Source of the DNA: the human T2T-CHM13v2.0 reference genome, Homo sapiens
Assembly: GCF_009914755.1 (NCBI RefSeq)
Contig: NC_060927.1
Length of the DNA stretch: 64,000 bases
Strand: one strand, 5' to 3'
Shown piece by piece: positions 1 to 12,044 of this stretch (positions are counted from its first letter, which is position 1; every line of letters begins with the position of its first letter). A program made the position numbers and the translations under genes. Under the pieces are notes generated by a model that did not search any database, was not told the DNA's origin, and saw nothing but the letters and a program-made list of their open reading frames with translations.

Positions 1-195
1 CTGCATATGGGATTTCAGAGAATTCATCAAACAAAGTGGGAAGTAGGTACTGTTCTCCTCAGTGCACGGATGAGGGAAACTGAGGCTCAGGGACTTTAAA
101 CAACTTGCCCCAAGCCACTCAGCTAGTAAGTGGTAGAGCCAGGATTCAAATGGAATCTGCCTGAGGTCAAAGTCCCTCCCTTTCCCACTGTGCCC
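1..195 (-). mobile_element. MIR SINE fragment
   Basis: Reverse-complement MIR core: gatgagggaaactgaggctcag...aacttgccccaag...agctagtaagtggtagagccaggattcaaa. Confidence 0.85.
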
Positions 196-1979
196 AGAGT
201 GCCAAGTCCTGGGATGAATTCACTCAGCAGGGATAGCTGGGGCAGAGGAAAGAACAGTGCCCACTGTCCTGGCTCAGCATACAGTTGCTACTGTGGCCTC
301 GGACTGGTCATCTCACCTCTCCAAGCCTCCTCTCCCACACCTGTAATATGAGGGTGTGAAACACGCTGAGGGGTTGATTCCCTAGGGTTATTTGTGCACT
401 TCTGTGTGTGCATTGATGTGTGTGTGCATGCATGTGCACACATGTGTGTTGGCAAGAGACCTACAACCGTCCCAAGCAATTATACTGCCTAGAAGGCAAA
501 TATTCAGTTTACTCCTTTAGAGACCTCCAATAATGAAGCACCCGCCCGCTCCATCTGCCTCCTCTTCCTGCTCCAGCCAGTTGCCACCTGGACCTGGGGC
601 CTGGGGAGGACAAGCAGACACTCCATTTGCAAACAGGAATCAGTGGGGGAGAAAAGACAAAACCTCAAACTCTCTATCCTGCCTGCCAGTGCTAGCATTT
701 AATTTGCAGGTGAGAATATGAGTCAGTGTTATTCCCGCTGTTTCCTCAAGTGTTCCTGGGTCCTTAGATGATCTCTCATCCCCACCACATCTCTTCTACC
801 AAGGAGCTGGCTGGGAAATGCTTTGGAGACACACAGGCAAGCAGGCTGCAGGTTCGTACAGGGATGGAACAAGGGATAAAGGAAGAATGGACAGAAGGAG
901 GGAAGGAGAGGCCCCAGAGAAAAGCACCTCATGGTGGGAGAACACCATGAGCAGGAGCCCTCTTTGGCTGGCATCCCTGGGCTCAGGCCTCCATGGTCTC
1001 CTGAGTCTTACTACACTGACCTCTGTTCTTCTCTTGTTCTTCCAGAAACCTAGATTGATCTTGAGTAAAATGAGGGCATTAGCCATAAACAGTATCAACT
1101 GTGCTGTTTTTACCCCCTTACTCATGAATGTCTCAGGAACCTGCTAGATTAAGTATTTTGGCATCAGGGTGGCTGAGTCTGTGCCAGCACCATTCCAATT
1201 CACATGCTTTGGACCATTTCTGGGACGCTCCTTTGTTCATACTGACTTTTTTGTTAACCAGGTCTGTGTGGCCTGGAGGCTGGTGGGGCTGGGGAGGCGG
1301 TGGGGGGCAGTGGGCAAAGCCCTGAACAGGCAGCCTGGGCATTGCAGAAGAGCCACTGCTTAGCATAGAACAGACCTGCAGGTGCTTCTGTATACTGGCC
1401 AGGGCAGAGGTCAAACACATTGTTTTTTATTCTTCACCTGCTGAGAAAAATATAGCTTTGGAATTGAGATTATTTTTCCATGGTCTCTGCTCAGCGTGTT
1501 CTTAATGCTTCCCTTGCTGGCCTGTTTCTGTGATGCATGATGACATGAGACAGAACTGACATTTCCCATTTCGACACTGGGAGGGGCTGGCTCTGAGGAA
1601 GGCCCCCAAGCAGGAACATTCACATCTGGGGAACCCTGTGCCAAACACAAGCACCAGAGAAAGGGCTTGTGCAGAGCTGAGAGAGAAACAAAAGAGACAT
1701 TTTACCTTAATGGAACCAGGAGCAGAAAAAAGCAAGGGATCCTGAGCTCCTCTCTGCAATAGTTCAAAAAATTTGAGTCTAACAAAACCAAGTATCTGTT
1801 ATTGCCAGGCACCCTGTTAGGCCTTTCCCAACCCTGTTGGTGTTAGAACTGTTTTCTCATGGGATATCTATACACTTGTTTTTGAACTGTTGCTCTGGGG
1901 ATAATGTCTTCTTCCTCATTAAAAACTCTCTGATATGTGAGAGCGTGGGACAGAGACTGAGAGAATGAGCGTGTAAACT

Positions 1980-2234
1980 TCAAGTTTGGACGTTTAGGTT
2001 TTGCTTAGTCTTATTATTGTTGCATAGAAAGTACCCAGAGCAGAAGAATGATAGAATCAAGATGATTATTAAGTTTGGAAAACACAAAATCTTGTGCAAA
2101 AAAAGGAAAAGTTAACTATGGCATCTCTGTGACTTAGCTGGGAATAGCATCTATAGTCATCATTGTGTAAACACTGAATATTGAGCTAACCAAAGTACAA
2201 TATAACTAACTCTGCTGGGAGGATGGGGGATGGG

Positions 2235-2284
<50 letters not shown>

Positions 2285-2585
2285 GTGTGGAAGGGAGAGG
2301 GAACCAGAACTAAATCCTCATCTTCCAAAGTAGAAAGTCAATAGCTAATGCCAAGAGGTGAAAAATTAGGTAGCAATATAAGCATGTTGTTTAGTGATGT
2401 GGAGGCAAATAATGAAAGAGTTGGCTAAAATAGTTCAAAGCAGTTGCCTCAGACAAGTGGAACATGGGGCAGAGGGAAGATTCAGGATAAATGCTATGTT
2501 TTGGCAACAAGCCCTGTAGAGTGATTTGACTCTTTTAAAACTATGTGCCTATAGAACTTTGATGACAAATAATTATTCATTTTTT
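1980..2585 (+). mobile_element. Ancient L1 (L1M-type) 3' end fragment interrupted by a TG microsatellite
   Basis: Purine-rich, degenerate L1M 3'UTR-like sequence ending aaactatgtgcctatagaactttgatgacaaataa; boundaries approximate. Confidence 0.5.
2239..2282. repeat. (TG)22 microsatellite
   Basis: Uninterrupted TG run read directly from the sequence. Confidence 0.97.
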
Positions 2586-3177
2586 TAAGTGAAATATTCA
2601 AAAATAGTTCTATAATACCCAGGGGATCCCCTTGTACATGCCCCAGAATGTGCGCCCCGCTTTGGAGGTGGAAGGCCTAGAGAACTGTGAGAGCTTGACC
2701 CTGGTTTCTGAGACTTACACACTGGTGCCTCTGATCTGCAATACGTGACCAGGATTCCAGGCCAGTCTTGGTGACTGTGGGCCTCCGTGCCTTTCCACAC
2801 TGGCACCCCTGCATCTTTTGTGAGGGCTTCATTAGCAATGACCATTGCCCCAGATAGCAGAGCCCTTAAGGTTTCTCACCTGTTCACAGAGGGAATCCAG
2901 GGTGAATGTGAGGCAGTTCTGTGGTCATTCATTATTTAAATATTTCCTTGCTCATGGAGCTCAAAATAACTTTGGTCCATTTCTCACCAGGCAAGTAGCT
3001 AAAGTCCAGGTTCTGTGGACATGCCTGGATCTGTGGAAGTTAGGGCTCTCACACACCACAGCCCGCACATCCCTGCGAGATTGCTCGCCTACATGTCTCA
3101 GGCACAGAGGCACATTTCTAAAAAAATAATTTAAAAAATTAAGTCCAGGTTCCTATAGAGAGCTGCAAGAGGGGAGC

Positions 3178-3287
3178 TTTTACTATTATGTCTCAGTGGC
3201 CTCATCTCTTTTCTCACAACTTTTTGGAAAATGTCATTCTCTCAACTGACTTTTTGAGAAGATTTAGCTGTGTGCATGGGGAATAGT
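3178..3287 (+). repeat. 110-bp perfect direct repeat, copy 1
   Basis: ttttactattatgtctcagtggcc...gtgtgcatggggaatagt, identical to 4689-4798. Confidence 0.95.
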
Positions 3288-3394
3288 ATCCCTGAGGAAT
3301 ACTATTTAATTTTTGAAAATCAAGATGAACTCTTTACTCTGCTTTCTGCTGTATCACCATTGGTGTCATTATCATCATCATTAGCCAGGATTTA

Positions 3395-4362
3395 TGTGCC
3401 AAAACTGAACTCTTGGCTCCTCCCTCTCAAACCCACGACCCTTCTTCCCCCTCGCCTAGTGTTCCCTATTTCAGCAAATGGCATTTCCATTCATCTGCTT
3501 GTTCAGGTCATCTTGCAGTCACCTTTGACTCTTGTCTGTTTCTCTCACTTCACATCACATCCACTAGGAAATCCTGTGAATTCAACTTTCAAAATGCATT
3601 TATAATCTATTAACTTCTACACCTGTTTAGTGAACACAACAAAGACCTGGTTGGTCCAGGCCACCATCATCTCTCACCTGAATGACTGCAGTAGTCTCCT
3701 GATAGTCTCTTTGTTCCCACCCTAGGCCCCCAGTCTGAAAATGCAAACCTTAAAACTCTATTGCCTTCCCAGGCATCTATGTTTCACATGAACTGGCCAC
3801 CTCCCCAGCTTCATTTTCTATCATTCTGTCCCCACCTTTCTCAGCTTCATCCACACTGTTCTTCTTGCACTTTCTTCACCACTTCAAGCTTACTCCTGCC
3901 TCAGGGCCTTTGCACTTGCCGTTCCCTGATGGACTTTTACTCCAGATGTCCATGTCCCTTGCTCTTTCACTTCATTTAAGTCTCTGCTGAAACACAGGCT
4001 CATCAGAAAGTCCATCTATGACTATATTATGGAAAATGGTTCCATAGAACTAATTTCTTGTCTCTTTGTGTGTTTGTCTCTTTCTTGTTCATCAAGAAAA
4101 TGGTTCCAAGAACTAATTTCTTGTCCTTTATGTGTTTGTCTCTTTCTTGTTCATCACTCTCTCTTTCCTTCTCTTGCTTTACATTTCTTCATAGTACTTA
4201 CCGATTCTACACTATATTATCTATTAGTTTATTTATCTTCTCCTCCAGACCATAATCTGTATGAGAGTATCTCACATTTTGATCCCCTGATTTATCCACA
4301 GCCCCAGAACAGTGCCACCACAAGTAGGCACTTGGTAGATATGTGCTGAATGTCTCAATGAA
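3395..4362 (+). mobile_element. L2 LINE 3' region (L2a-like)
   Basis: tgccaaaactgaactc...ccctatttcagcaaatggc...cctgcctcagggcctttgcacttgc...gtaggcacttggtagatatgtgctgaatg, typical L2 3' blocks. Confidence 0.85.
4032..4156 (+). repeat. ~63-bp tandem duplication within the L2
   Basis: gaaaatggttcc...tttcttgttcatca occurs at 4032-4094 and 4096-4156 with a few differences. Confidence 0.9.
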
Positions 4363-4688
4363 AGGATTGTGCACCCACTGTGGGCAGAGCACTTCCAGGC
4401 ACTACAGGATATAAGAGACTTCAGACCTATGCCTACACCAAGTTTGTCATACATATGGAGAGCTATGTGACCACAAAAGTGGTCCACACTGACTTCCAGC
4501 AGCCATTGGGGAGGTCATTTACTGCCTTCTTCTTTCTTTCTTGTAACTCGTGCCTAGATAACTGAAATTAATGGTGTGTGCTATGATGTGGGGAGGGGCA
4601 GAGAATTCCCTGCAGTTGGAATTTTATGTGTGGGTTTGATTGGGCAATCAAAGCTATCTTGCCTGTGGGTCATCTGCACATATTTGGG

Positions 4689-4798
4689 TTTTACTATTAT
4701 GTCTCAGTGGCCTCATCTCTTTTCTCACAACTTTTTGGAAAATGTCATTCTCTCAACTGACTTTTTGAGAAGATTTAGCTGTGTGCATGGGGAATAGT
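4689..4798 (+). repeat. 110-bp perfect direct repeat, copy 2
   Basis: Identical to 3178-3287, offset 1511 bp. Confidence 0.95.
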
Positions 4799-4849
4799 GC
4801 AGCCACCCACCCCCGAATTGCCCTCTTTGTGAAAACGCAGTGATATTTT

Positions 4850-4960
4850 AAAATCCTTTTGAGCATCTGCTGTATTCTTAGCTCTGTTCTAGGCAGTAGG
4901 GACACAGGTAGAACATCAGCCCTAAAGTTTAAGCTTCTTCACAGGGACAAGAATGAACCA
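4850..4960 (-). mobile_element. L2 3' end fragment
   Basis: ttttgagcatctgctgtattcttagctctgttctaggcagtagggacacag resembles the antisense L2 tail. Confidence 0.55.
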
Positions 4961-6445
4961 CATAAAATAGTATAAGTATTCTTGTGTTATTAATGGCCTT
5001 TGAAAGCACAGACCTCATGTAATTTTTATCATTGCCTATTCTTCAAGATGGCTATGCCAAGTTTCCATTACTTCAACTTTCTTCTTCAACAAATGGAATG
5101 CCAGACATTAATTAAATGTCAATGACTATTCCTGCCAGTTCAATTTTCTGGCTCTATCTGATTAGAATTAAATGGTGAGAGAGGTTAGGCAGACTAAATC
5201 AAAGGAACAAAAAGAGTTCAGGCGTCCAAACTGTGTCCCTGCATTTGCTAAATCAATTTCAATTAGCTGCCTAAAGCTATGTAGCTGCTTTGTGAGGCAA
5301 GGTGGTTGGTTGCCTTTTTGGAGAGAATCTTTGCTCTTCTCAGTTATCCACTTTGACTTTGGGCCACCCCAATGCCCTGAGAGCCTCTATCTCCTTTGGG
5401 TTCGTGCTACAATGTAAGCAAATGAAAAAGTGGATTTCCACACTGGGAATCACAGGTAGAGAAGGAAATTCTGTCTGTTTCCAAGGCTGCCCCACCCTGA
5501 CCCCTCCCTCTCTTGCTGATCAATATCTGTCTTCAGTATTCCAACGCAGCTGGGTTGGAGAGTTGCCATGATTTGAGCATTCCCTTTCCTCTATTGGCAG
5601 AGCAAGGAAGAGTAGACCTGAGAGATGAGGAGCTTGCTAATTCAGCCAATAATAATTTATTTGCTACTCAGGAGAAGCCAAATTTACTGTGGGCAGGTTT
5701 TCCTGACTGAATTAAGTGTTCATCAGCAAATTAAAATACACAACTAATTTCTTGTCTCTGTGTGGTTTGTTTTTGGTTGAATTTTTATATTTTCAGGTAT
5801 TATTATTAATATAATTTTATATTACAGTCCGCCAAATGAACTTACCATCTGCTCCAATTATACTTTAGGGGGGCTTTTTGGTACAAAATTTAAATATATT
5901 TATACTTGTGAATGATAGTATATTATATTAATATTAAAACATCTTAAATTTTTTTTTTAGTTACAAAATGCTCAGAGGTTTCTTAGTGGATATAATACCC
6001 TTGGTATTCAGATGCTTCTGTGGGGGCTTAATTTCTGCTGTATGAGAATATTTAATAGCTGCAAATGCTAGAAAGTTTTCAAACAAGGCTCAGAGAGGCT
6101 TCTTTATTTGGCATCTGCAATTTATAAACTTTCATAGATCTGAGAAAGCGATGTATGGCAACTCTGACCCACCACTGGGTGGTAGTGTTCAGAACCAATC
6201 TGTCTGTGAGTAAAGGTTCATCTGTAGTTTCACCGTGTTGCTGCTAAAAATCCTCCTGTGGAGTAATGCATCATGGCTAAAGTCTCAAATCAGCCCTTGT
6301 TGCAGCCTATGAGGAAGTAATGTGCATGTAACCTGAATAGAATAGAGAAAAATCATTATAGACTCAATAAAACTAGACATGTCTAGATAATATTGAGATA
6401 AGTTGGAAATGTTGATAGTGGACCAATTCTAGACATTAGTTCAGA

Positions 6446-6582
6446 CTATATATAGAGAGAGACCATATGTATATTATAGATTACAAAGGGTATTACATAG
6501 ACTATACACATATGACTATATATATGAGCTATATTATATATACACTATATATACTTTATATATATAGTGTATATATATATAA
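6446..6582. repeat. (TA)n-rich low-complexity tract
   Basis: Degenerate tata/taca repeats. Confidence 0.85.
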
Positions 6583-7944
6583 TCTGGCTGTGCATGAGAG
6601 TTTTGTAATGATCAGTACTTCAAAGCAGTCACTGATATTTTAGAAACAAAAGCAACAAATAAAAACGTCAGAGATCAGCTCTTTCCTATGCAAGGTCTTC
6701 CTCTAATCTGGTATTTTTTGTCTACTATTACTGGAAGGATTTGGGGCTAGTTTTGGCATGTTATATTCATATATTTCGATTGGCGAAATTTGATTATACA
6801 TGTGTTGCTCACCTTTAATAATTTCCACTCTTGTGGAAATCTGTTTATAAAAAGAGTGGACTGAAAGAAAAAAAGATGGGAAGGATGGTTTTCATCTGAT
6901 TTAATATAATCTAACCACATTAAAATCTTAATTAGAAAAGAAGTTTGAAGTTGTGGGTCTCATCTGGAGAAATATGCCTGAAAGCACTCCAAAGAGAGAA
7001 AAGAGCTTTTTCCTTAATTCACTATCATAAGGTTTACATATTCACTCCAAGGCCTTGAAATCATCTTCTGTTTTAACCTTTAAGCCATGAGAATCCAAAT
7101 GCTGTTATGTTATGAACTTTGGAGATAGGAGGGATTATTTCATAGTAATAACACTGCTGTCTACTGGATTTCTAAAAGTATAAAATTGTATGTAAAGTCC
7201 ATTTTTAATTAAATATTTAAATACCATTTAATTTAAATTTCTTGGGGAATCAAAATGCCTCTTTCTTTCAATATTATAGTTAATTAAACTATGTAATAAT
7301 TTACTATGTAGTTTTAGCATTTAAAAAAATCAACCTCCAAATTATTTAGGAGATATTGTATATCTTGTTTTGTTTTGTATAAAGTGCTATACATGTTAAA
7401 TGAAGCTTACCCAATCAATAGTATATTATTAACTTTGCATATTTGTAATAATATGAAATTAAAACCCAGTAGTCTAATGCTTCTAAAAATAAATATATAA
7501 GGCTATATTATTTCTTAATCATTTGTAATTTGATTCAACCTCCCCAAATGTTCTTCATTCCTTACATTTCTTTCTTTCATTCTTCATTCTCTCTTGGAAC
7601 TGAAGGTAAAACTTATTGGCATCAGTCCACAAATTGATCTGCCTCTTTAATCAGCTAAGCAATGGGTTATTTGCAATAATGGCATGTTCAAAAATACTCA
7701 TCATGGGACTTGAGAAGGAGAGTAAGAGGGAGCTTGTGTTTGAGACAGCAGTGGAGACACCCACTGTGTGGTAACTGAGGGAACAGGTACATTCCAATTT
7801 TAGCCAAAAGCCTAGGTTGTTACTCCAGAAACTATTCTCCAGGATGATCCATAGTCATGGAGGCTGCAGGTGGTCAGTATCCCTCATAAACAAAGAATGT
7901 TATCAAAGATGCTGCTTCAGGAGATGAGAGCACTACCAGAAAGA

Positions 7945-8850
7945 GGTACATCTAGTCACTCTCTCTGCTCTTATTCTCCCTTCACCCTGTTCCTATTTGG
8001 TTTTGGTGGCCATGAGACATTGACAGGGTCCTGTTCTCACTGCCTGCTCCAAGGGTTCTTCTTCATTCTTATATGTCTGGATCTCTCAGCAGCCTTTAAC
8101 ATTGTTGACCACCTCTTCTCCCAAAAACACTGCCTTCTCTTAGATGCTGTGACACCAGAGTCTCTGTTCCTCTTACCTCCCACACCACTCTGTCCTGATT
8201 GTCTCTCTTCTTTCCAACTCCTCTGACCCTTGTATTGGCCTTTTCTTGGGCTATCTCCAAGGTGCTCTTCTGAGCTCTGCTTACATGACTCCCTAGGTAA
8301 TCCTATCCAGTGCTGTGATGAGATGTTTTAAATATCATCTATAAGATGAAAGTTTCCAAAAGTTATACCTCTAACTCCTGCCTTGTATCTCAGATTCCTT
8401 GCTTGATATTTCCACTTGGATCCTAACTGAATATCTCAAAGGTCAAAACAGAATGCTTCTTCCCCTACTCCCCACTGCCAATCCTCAGCAAATCTGTTCC
8501 TTTTTGTATCTATACCACAGCTGCTCCAGCCAAAAATGTTTTCTTTACTTATTACTTGCAATCCAGTAACAATGCCATCAGCTTCATCTCCAAAATGTGT
8601 TTCAGATCTGCCCATTTCTCTCCATCTCCACTGCCACAAGCAAGCGCACACCATTGCTGCCTGTCAGGATCTCCTGTCACCTGTTACATGGTCTCCTGCT
8701 CTGGTCTCCACAATTCACTCTCCGTAGGCAATTCTCCACTCAACACATTTTTTAAGGCAAATAAGATTAGCTCACATTCCTGCTTAAAACCTTCCAATGG
8801 CTGCACATTGTCCTCTATCTGAAATCTAAACTCAGCCATGATGTGCAAGT
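7945..8850 (+). mobile_element. L2 LINE fragment (decayed ORF2 3' part and 3' region)
   Basis: ggatctctcagcagcctttaacattgttgaccac translates as LDLSAAFNIVDH, an L2/CR1 reverse-transcriptase motif; downstream L2 blocks include cctgcttaaaaccttccaatggct. Confidence 0.85.
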
Positions 8851-9067
8851 CTCCGAGTGGGGGTGGACCGAGTCTAGTACGAAGTGAAAAACTGGAGAGT
8901 TGGCCATTTCTGTATAAGTAAGGAAAGACAACCCAAATAAAGCGGTGTGAAACAGAATTTGGAGAGCTTTTTGAGCTTTGTTCCCTCGCAAAACCTCTTA
9001 GATGACCCTCTCAGCTTGATAAAAGTCAACTGTTTCATAAATGGTCCTTTGGGTTCTCTAGATTGCG

Positions 9068-9250
9068 TTTCCTAGCTGGGGTGTCTATGGGTGTGTATGT
9101 CCTGAAACTCTGACATTGTTTGCAGAATTCTGTGTGCGTGTATGATTGTGTATTTATGTTCCCACGTGCATTGTTTTTCCTAAAGATAGAATCCATTGCT
9201 CTCATCAGTTCTCAAAGAGAACTGTAGCTGTCACTAAAAAAGGCTTATTT
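9068..9250 (+). mobile_element. hAT-Charlie MITE (Charlie4z-like)
   Basis: ctgacattgtttgcagaattctgtgtgcgtg...atccattgctctcatcagttctcaaagag...aaaaaggctta resembles the recalled Charlie4z consensus. Confidence 0.5.
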
Positions 9251-9371
9251 GAAACAGAGACTTAGGCACAAAGCTGGGGAAACGAAAGCAATTGAATCTT
9301 GGTTGCTCTGCCATGCCTTTGGAGTGTGTATTCAAGGTCTGGTTGCCAGGAGGTTCAGTTTATGTTATCCA

Positions 9372-9570
9372 GAGTGAACAGTAGGGCTTCCTTGGATTAT
9401 GGGAATGTTCTGTATCTGTGCCATTCAGTATGGTAGTTACTAGCAATATGTGCATTGGAAATGTAGCTCGTCTGACTAAGAAACAGAATTTTTAAACTTC
9501 ATTTAATTTTGATGAATTTAAATTGAAATAGCCACATGTGGCTAGTGGCTGCTACACTCGACATGGCAGA
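9372..9570 (+). mobile_element. MER3 hAT-Charlie MITE
   Basis: ggaatgttctgtatctgtg...atttaaattgaaatagccacatgtggctagtggctgctac, characteristic MER3 blocks. Confidence 0.85.
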
Positions 9571-9869
9571 CTCAAGCCTTGTTGTCCAGGTGTTTAGCTG
9601 GATATCAATTAACTATTCCTGATTATCTAGCATTTCAGTTCTTTACAAGCTCTTTAGCATCTCTTTCTCAAGTCATGGTAACCTTGGGAGGCAGATTGGG
9701 CATGTTTTCATCTATGATATTAGCGAGGAAACAGTCATAGCTGCATGATTGGTCTGGGTTTTTGAGAATACAACTGAATTTTTATAAAGCAAGTTTCAGA
9801 GTGTATTGGATATTTTAAAGTAAATCATTACATGCACATAAAGACTTTTGCTGTGAGTCATTACCATAA

Positions 9870-10050
9870 TTATTAATAATAACAGTTACCCTTTATTCCA
9901 TGGCTTCTGAGGCACTAGATATTAGGCTTTGTTATCTCATCAATCTCCTCCCCAGCCCTTTGAGGGAATATGGTCTCTGAGCCAGAGAGGCTCAGTATCT
10001 TGCCCAATGTAAGTGGCAGGGCTAAGTTCTAACATTTGGGTGTCTGTGAC
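9870..10050 (-). mobile_element. MIR fragment
   Basis: agagaggctcagtatcttgcccaatgtaagtggcagggctaagttctaac. Confidence 0.55.
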
Positions 10051-10839
10051 CCTGCAGGGCCTGGAATACTATAGGGAGGGTGTTTGTTCAGTGCAACCCT
10101 TCTGCCCTCTTCTTGTGGAGAACATTAAGCTTTCTATCATGTCTAGTAGTAGGGTCTCTGGTTTCCGTTCTCCTTCCACCCAGATTATTCAGCGCCTAGA
10201 TTAAATTTCTCTGTTGCTTTTGGTGAGGTCTCCTCCAGCCCTTTATGGACTTTTCATTGTGGCATTGCACATTCCTATATTGTTTGATCGTGCTCAGCAA
10301 TGCCATTAGCTGGTAGTACAATGTACACTCTTCCCTGCCTGTAAGGACAGGGATGTCTCTCATGGACTAACTCTATGGCACCAGCACACAAAGTACCAGA
10401 GAGCTGGATTTGTCTTCACCATCCATTGTACACTTGGGGGCTGGCTATGGGCTGTATTTGAAAGGTGGTGGAGATGCCTGAGAAACAGCGTTGGTATGAA
10501 GGCTGGGTATCTATATGGAAAGATACTTCTTAATCATCCTCAGTTACTGTTCTTACGCACTCTCCTTGACTTAAAATTATATCATACATCCCTATTATGT
10601 AGCTTGATGCTGTTAAAAAAAAATTCCCCTGGGCCTATCAATCCTAAGAATACAAGTCACCCACAATGATTTAGTTCCTCTGTCTTTTGGAGAGTCAAGT
10701 ATTTTTTAATAATCCAATTAATGCAAACTGAAAGTATAGCTGCTTTTTCCTTTCTGCTCATATAACTTAAAAAGATAGTAAGGAATGGCCATGTCCAATG
10801 CCAGGCCCTTACAAACTTCTGGTTGCATGATGCTTTTGC

Positions 10840-11000
10840 AGTATGTGTCAAATGGTCTTAAAATGTTTATACCCCTGCATTCAGTAATTAAAGTCATAGA
10901 AATTTCCCTAAGGAAGGAATATTAGAAATGGACAAGAGCTTATACATTTAAAAATGTTAATTGCAGCATTATCTATGGCAGGAAAAACTAGATGGCAAAC
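10840..11000 (+). mobile_element. Ancient L1ME-type fragment
   Basis: cttaaaatgtttatacccct...cagtaatt...aaatgttaattgcagcattat, a degenerate L1 ORF2 3' region. Confidence 0.55.
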
Positions 11001-12044
11001 AGAGCCACTGAAAATAGACGATAAAGTAATTGGCTGAGCTAATCAGTCCTCCGTCTTTCAGCCTGACCCTCAAGTAGTCCCACCTTTCTCACCAACAGGG
11101 TCTCTTTCCAAAAGCTGCCTGCCATTATGCCATCGGCTTAGAGCTTATATTGCATAGGTAAGAGAGATATTAAATAAAAAAGTAAGAGCACTTCCTTAGA
11201 ACTATTTTTCTGTCAATCAACAAACAGTACAGGGACATCATTGTTGTCAGTGGAATTTAATCACCTCAGGTAGTAGGAGGTTGCCAGGTCTTCTGCCTCC
11301 CATGTCCTTGATCTTCCTAGAGAGATCTGCTGAGGTACCAGGCAAACAACAAATCAAATTGTACACCCAGAGGGTGATAGATTAGTTGCTGAACCCCTGG
11401 GGAATTCAGTCCCTGAGATACAGGAACTGGAATGATTTTAATTTTCCAGAAGAAGACCTGTACTTCTTGTATAACAGCTGCCACAGTTACGCCAAACCAC
11501 AGTGACGAGACAAGACAAGTAAAGTGGTTTTCTCACAGGGAATAAGGATAGTGAATGTGAATTCTCAGAAACAGAGAATGGGCCAGATCCCTTATTTAGC
11601 ATTGGAAGACCAGCACTAGATATCTTCCAGCTTTTAGCATTGTAAAACCTGCATGTTTCTAAAAGCATCTTAATGGGAATGCTGCTTTTGGGACCTGGGG
11701 GCATTTGCTGAGTGCGGCTGGAGCTGGTGCAGCGCTTGTCCTTATAGCCTTGTGTTTCCCCTTTCAGGGAAGCTCTGACTTGGTGCTACCAGCCAGAGTT
11801 TCAAACATTTTTCTTTACTTTGTTGGGCCGAATTAGACTTTCCCTTTAAATTTCATACATTAAAAACAAGAAACAAGGGGGAAAAACAGGCAAATTTTGC
11901 TACATTCACAAAGATAGGCAAACTTCACAGGTTAAAATTTTAAAATAGAGTATTGACAGCACAACACCAACATAATAAGGAGAACTTCCACATACGGTGA
12001 CCACTTGGTCCATATCCCATGGTGTTTGTGGAGCATCAGTTACA

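Noticed and set aside
3178-4798. Reading the 110-bp direct repeats as LTRs or TSDs of a novel 1.6-kb mobile element
   Set aside because: No TG...CA termini, PBS/PPT, outer TSD or internal ORF; the interior is ancient L2 plus unique DNA
6373-6386. 14-bp palindrome ctagacatgtctag containing a p53-type decamer AGACATGTCT
   Set aside because: Only one half-site, with no adjacent second decamer matching RRRCWWGYYY
7870-8226. ORF containing LDLSAAFNIVDH
   Set aside because: Remnant of L2 reverse transcriptase in a decayed element
9529-9544. 16-bp palindrome tagccacatgtggcta
   Set aside because: Intrinsic part of the MER3 consensus
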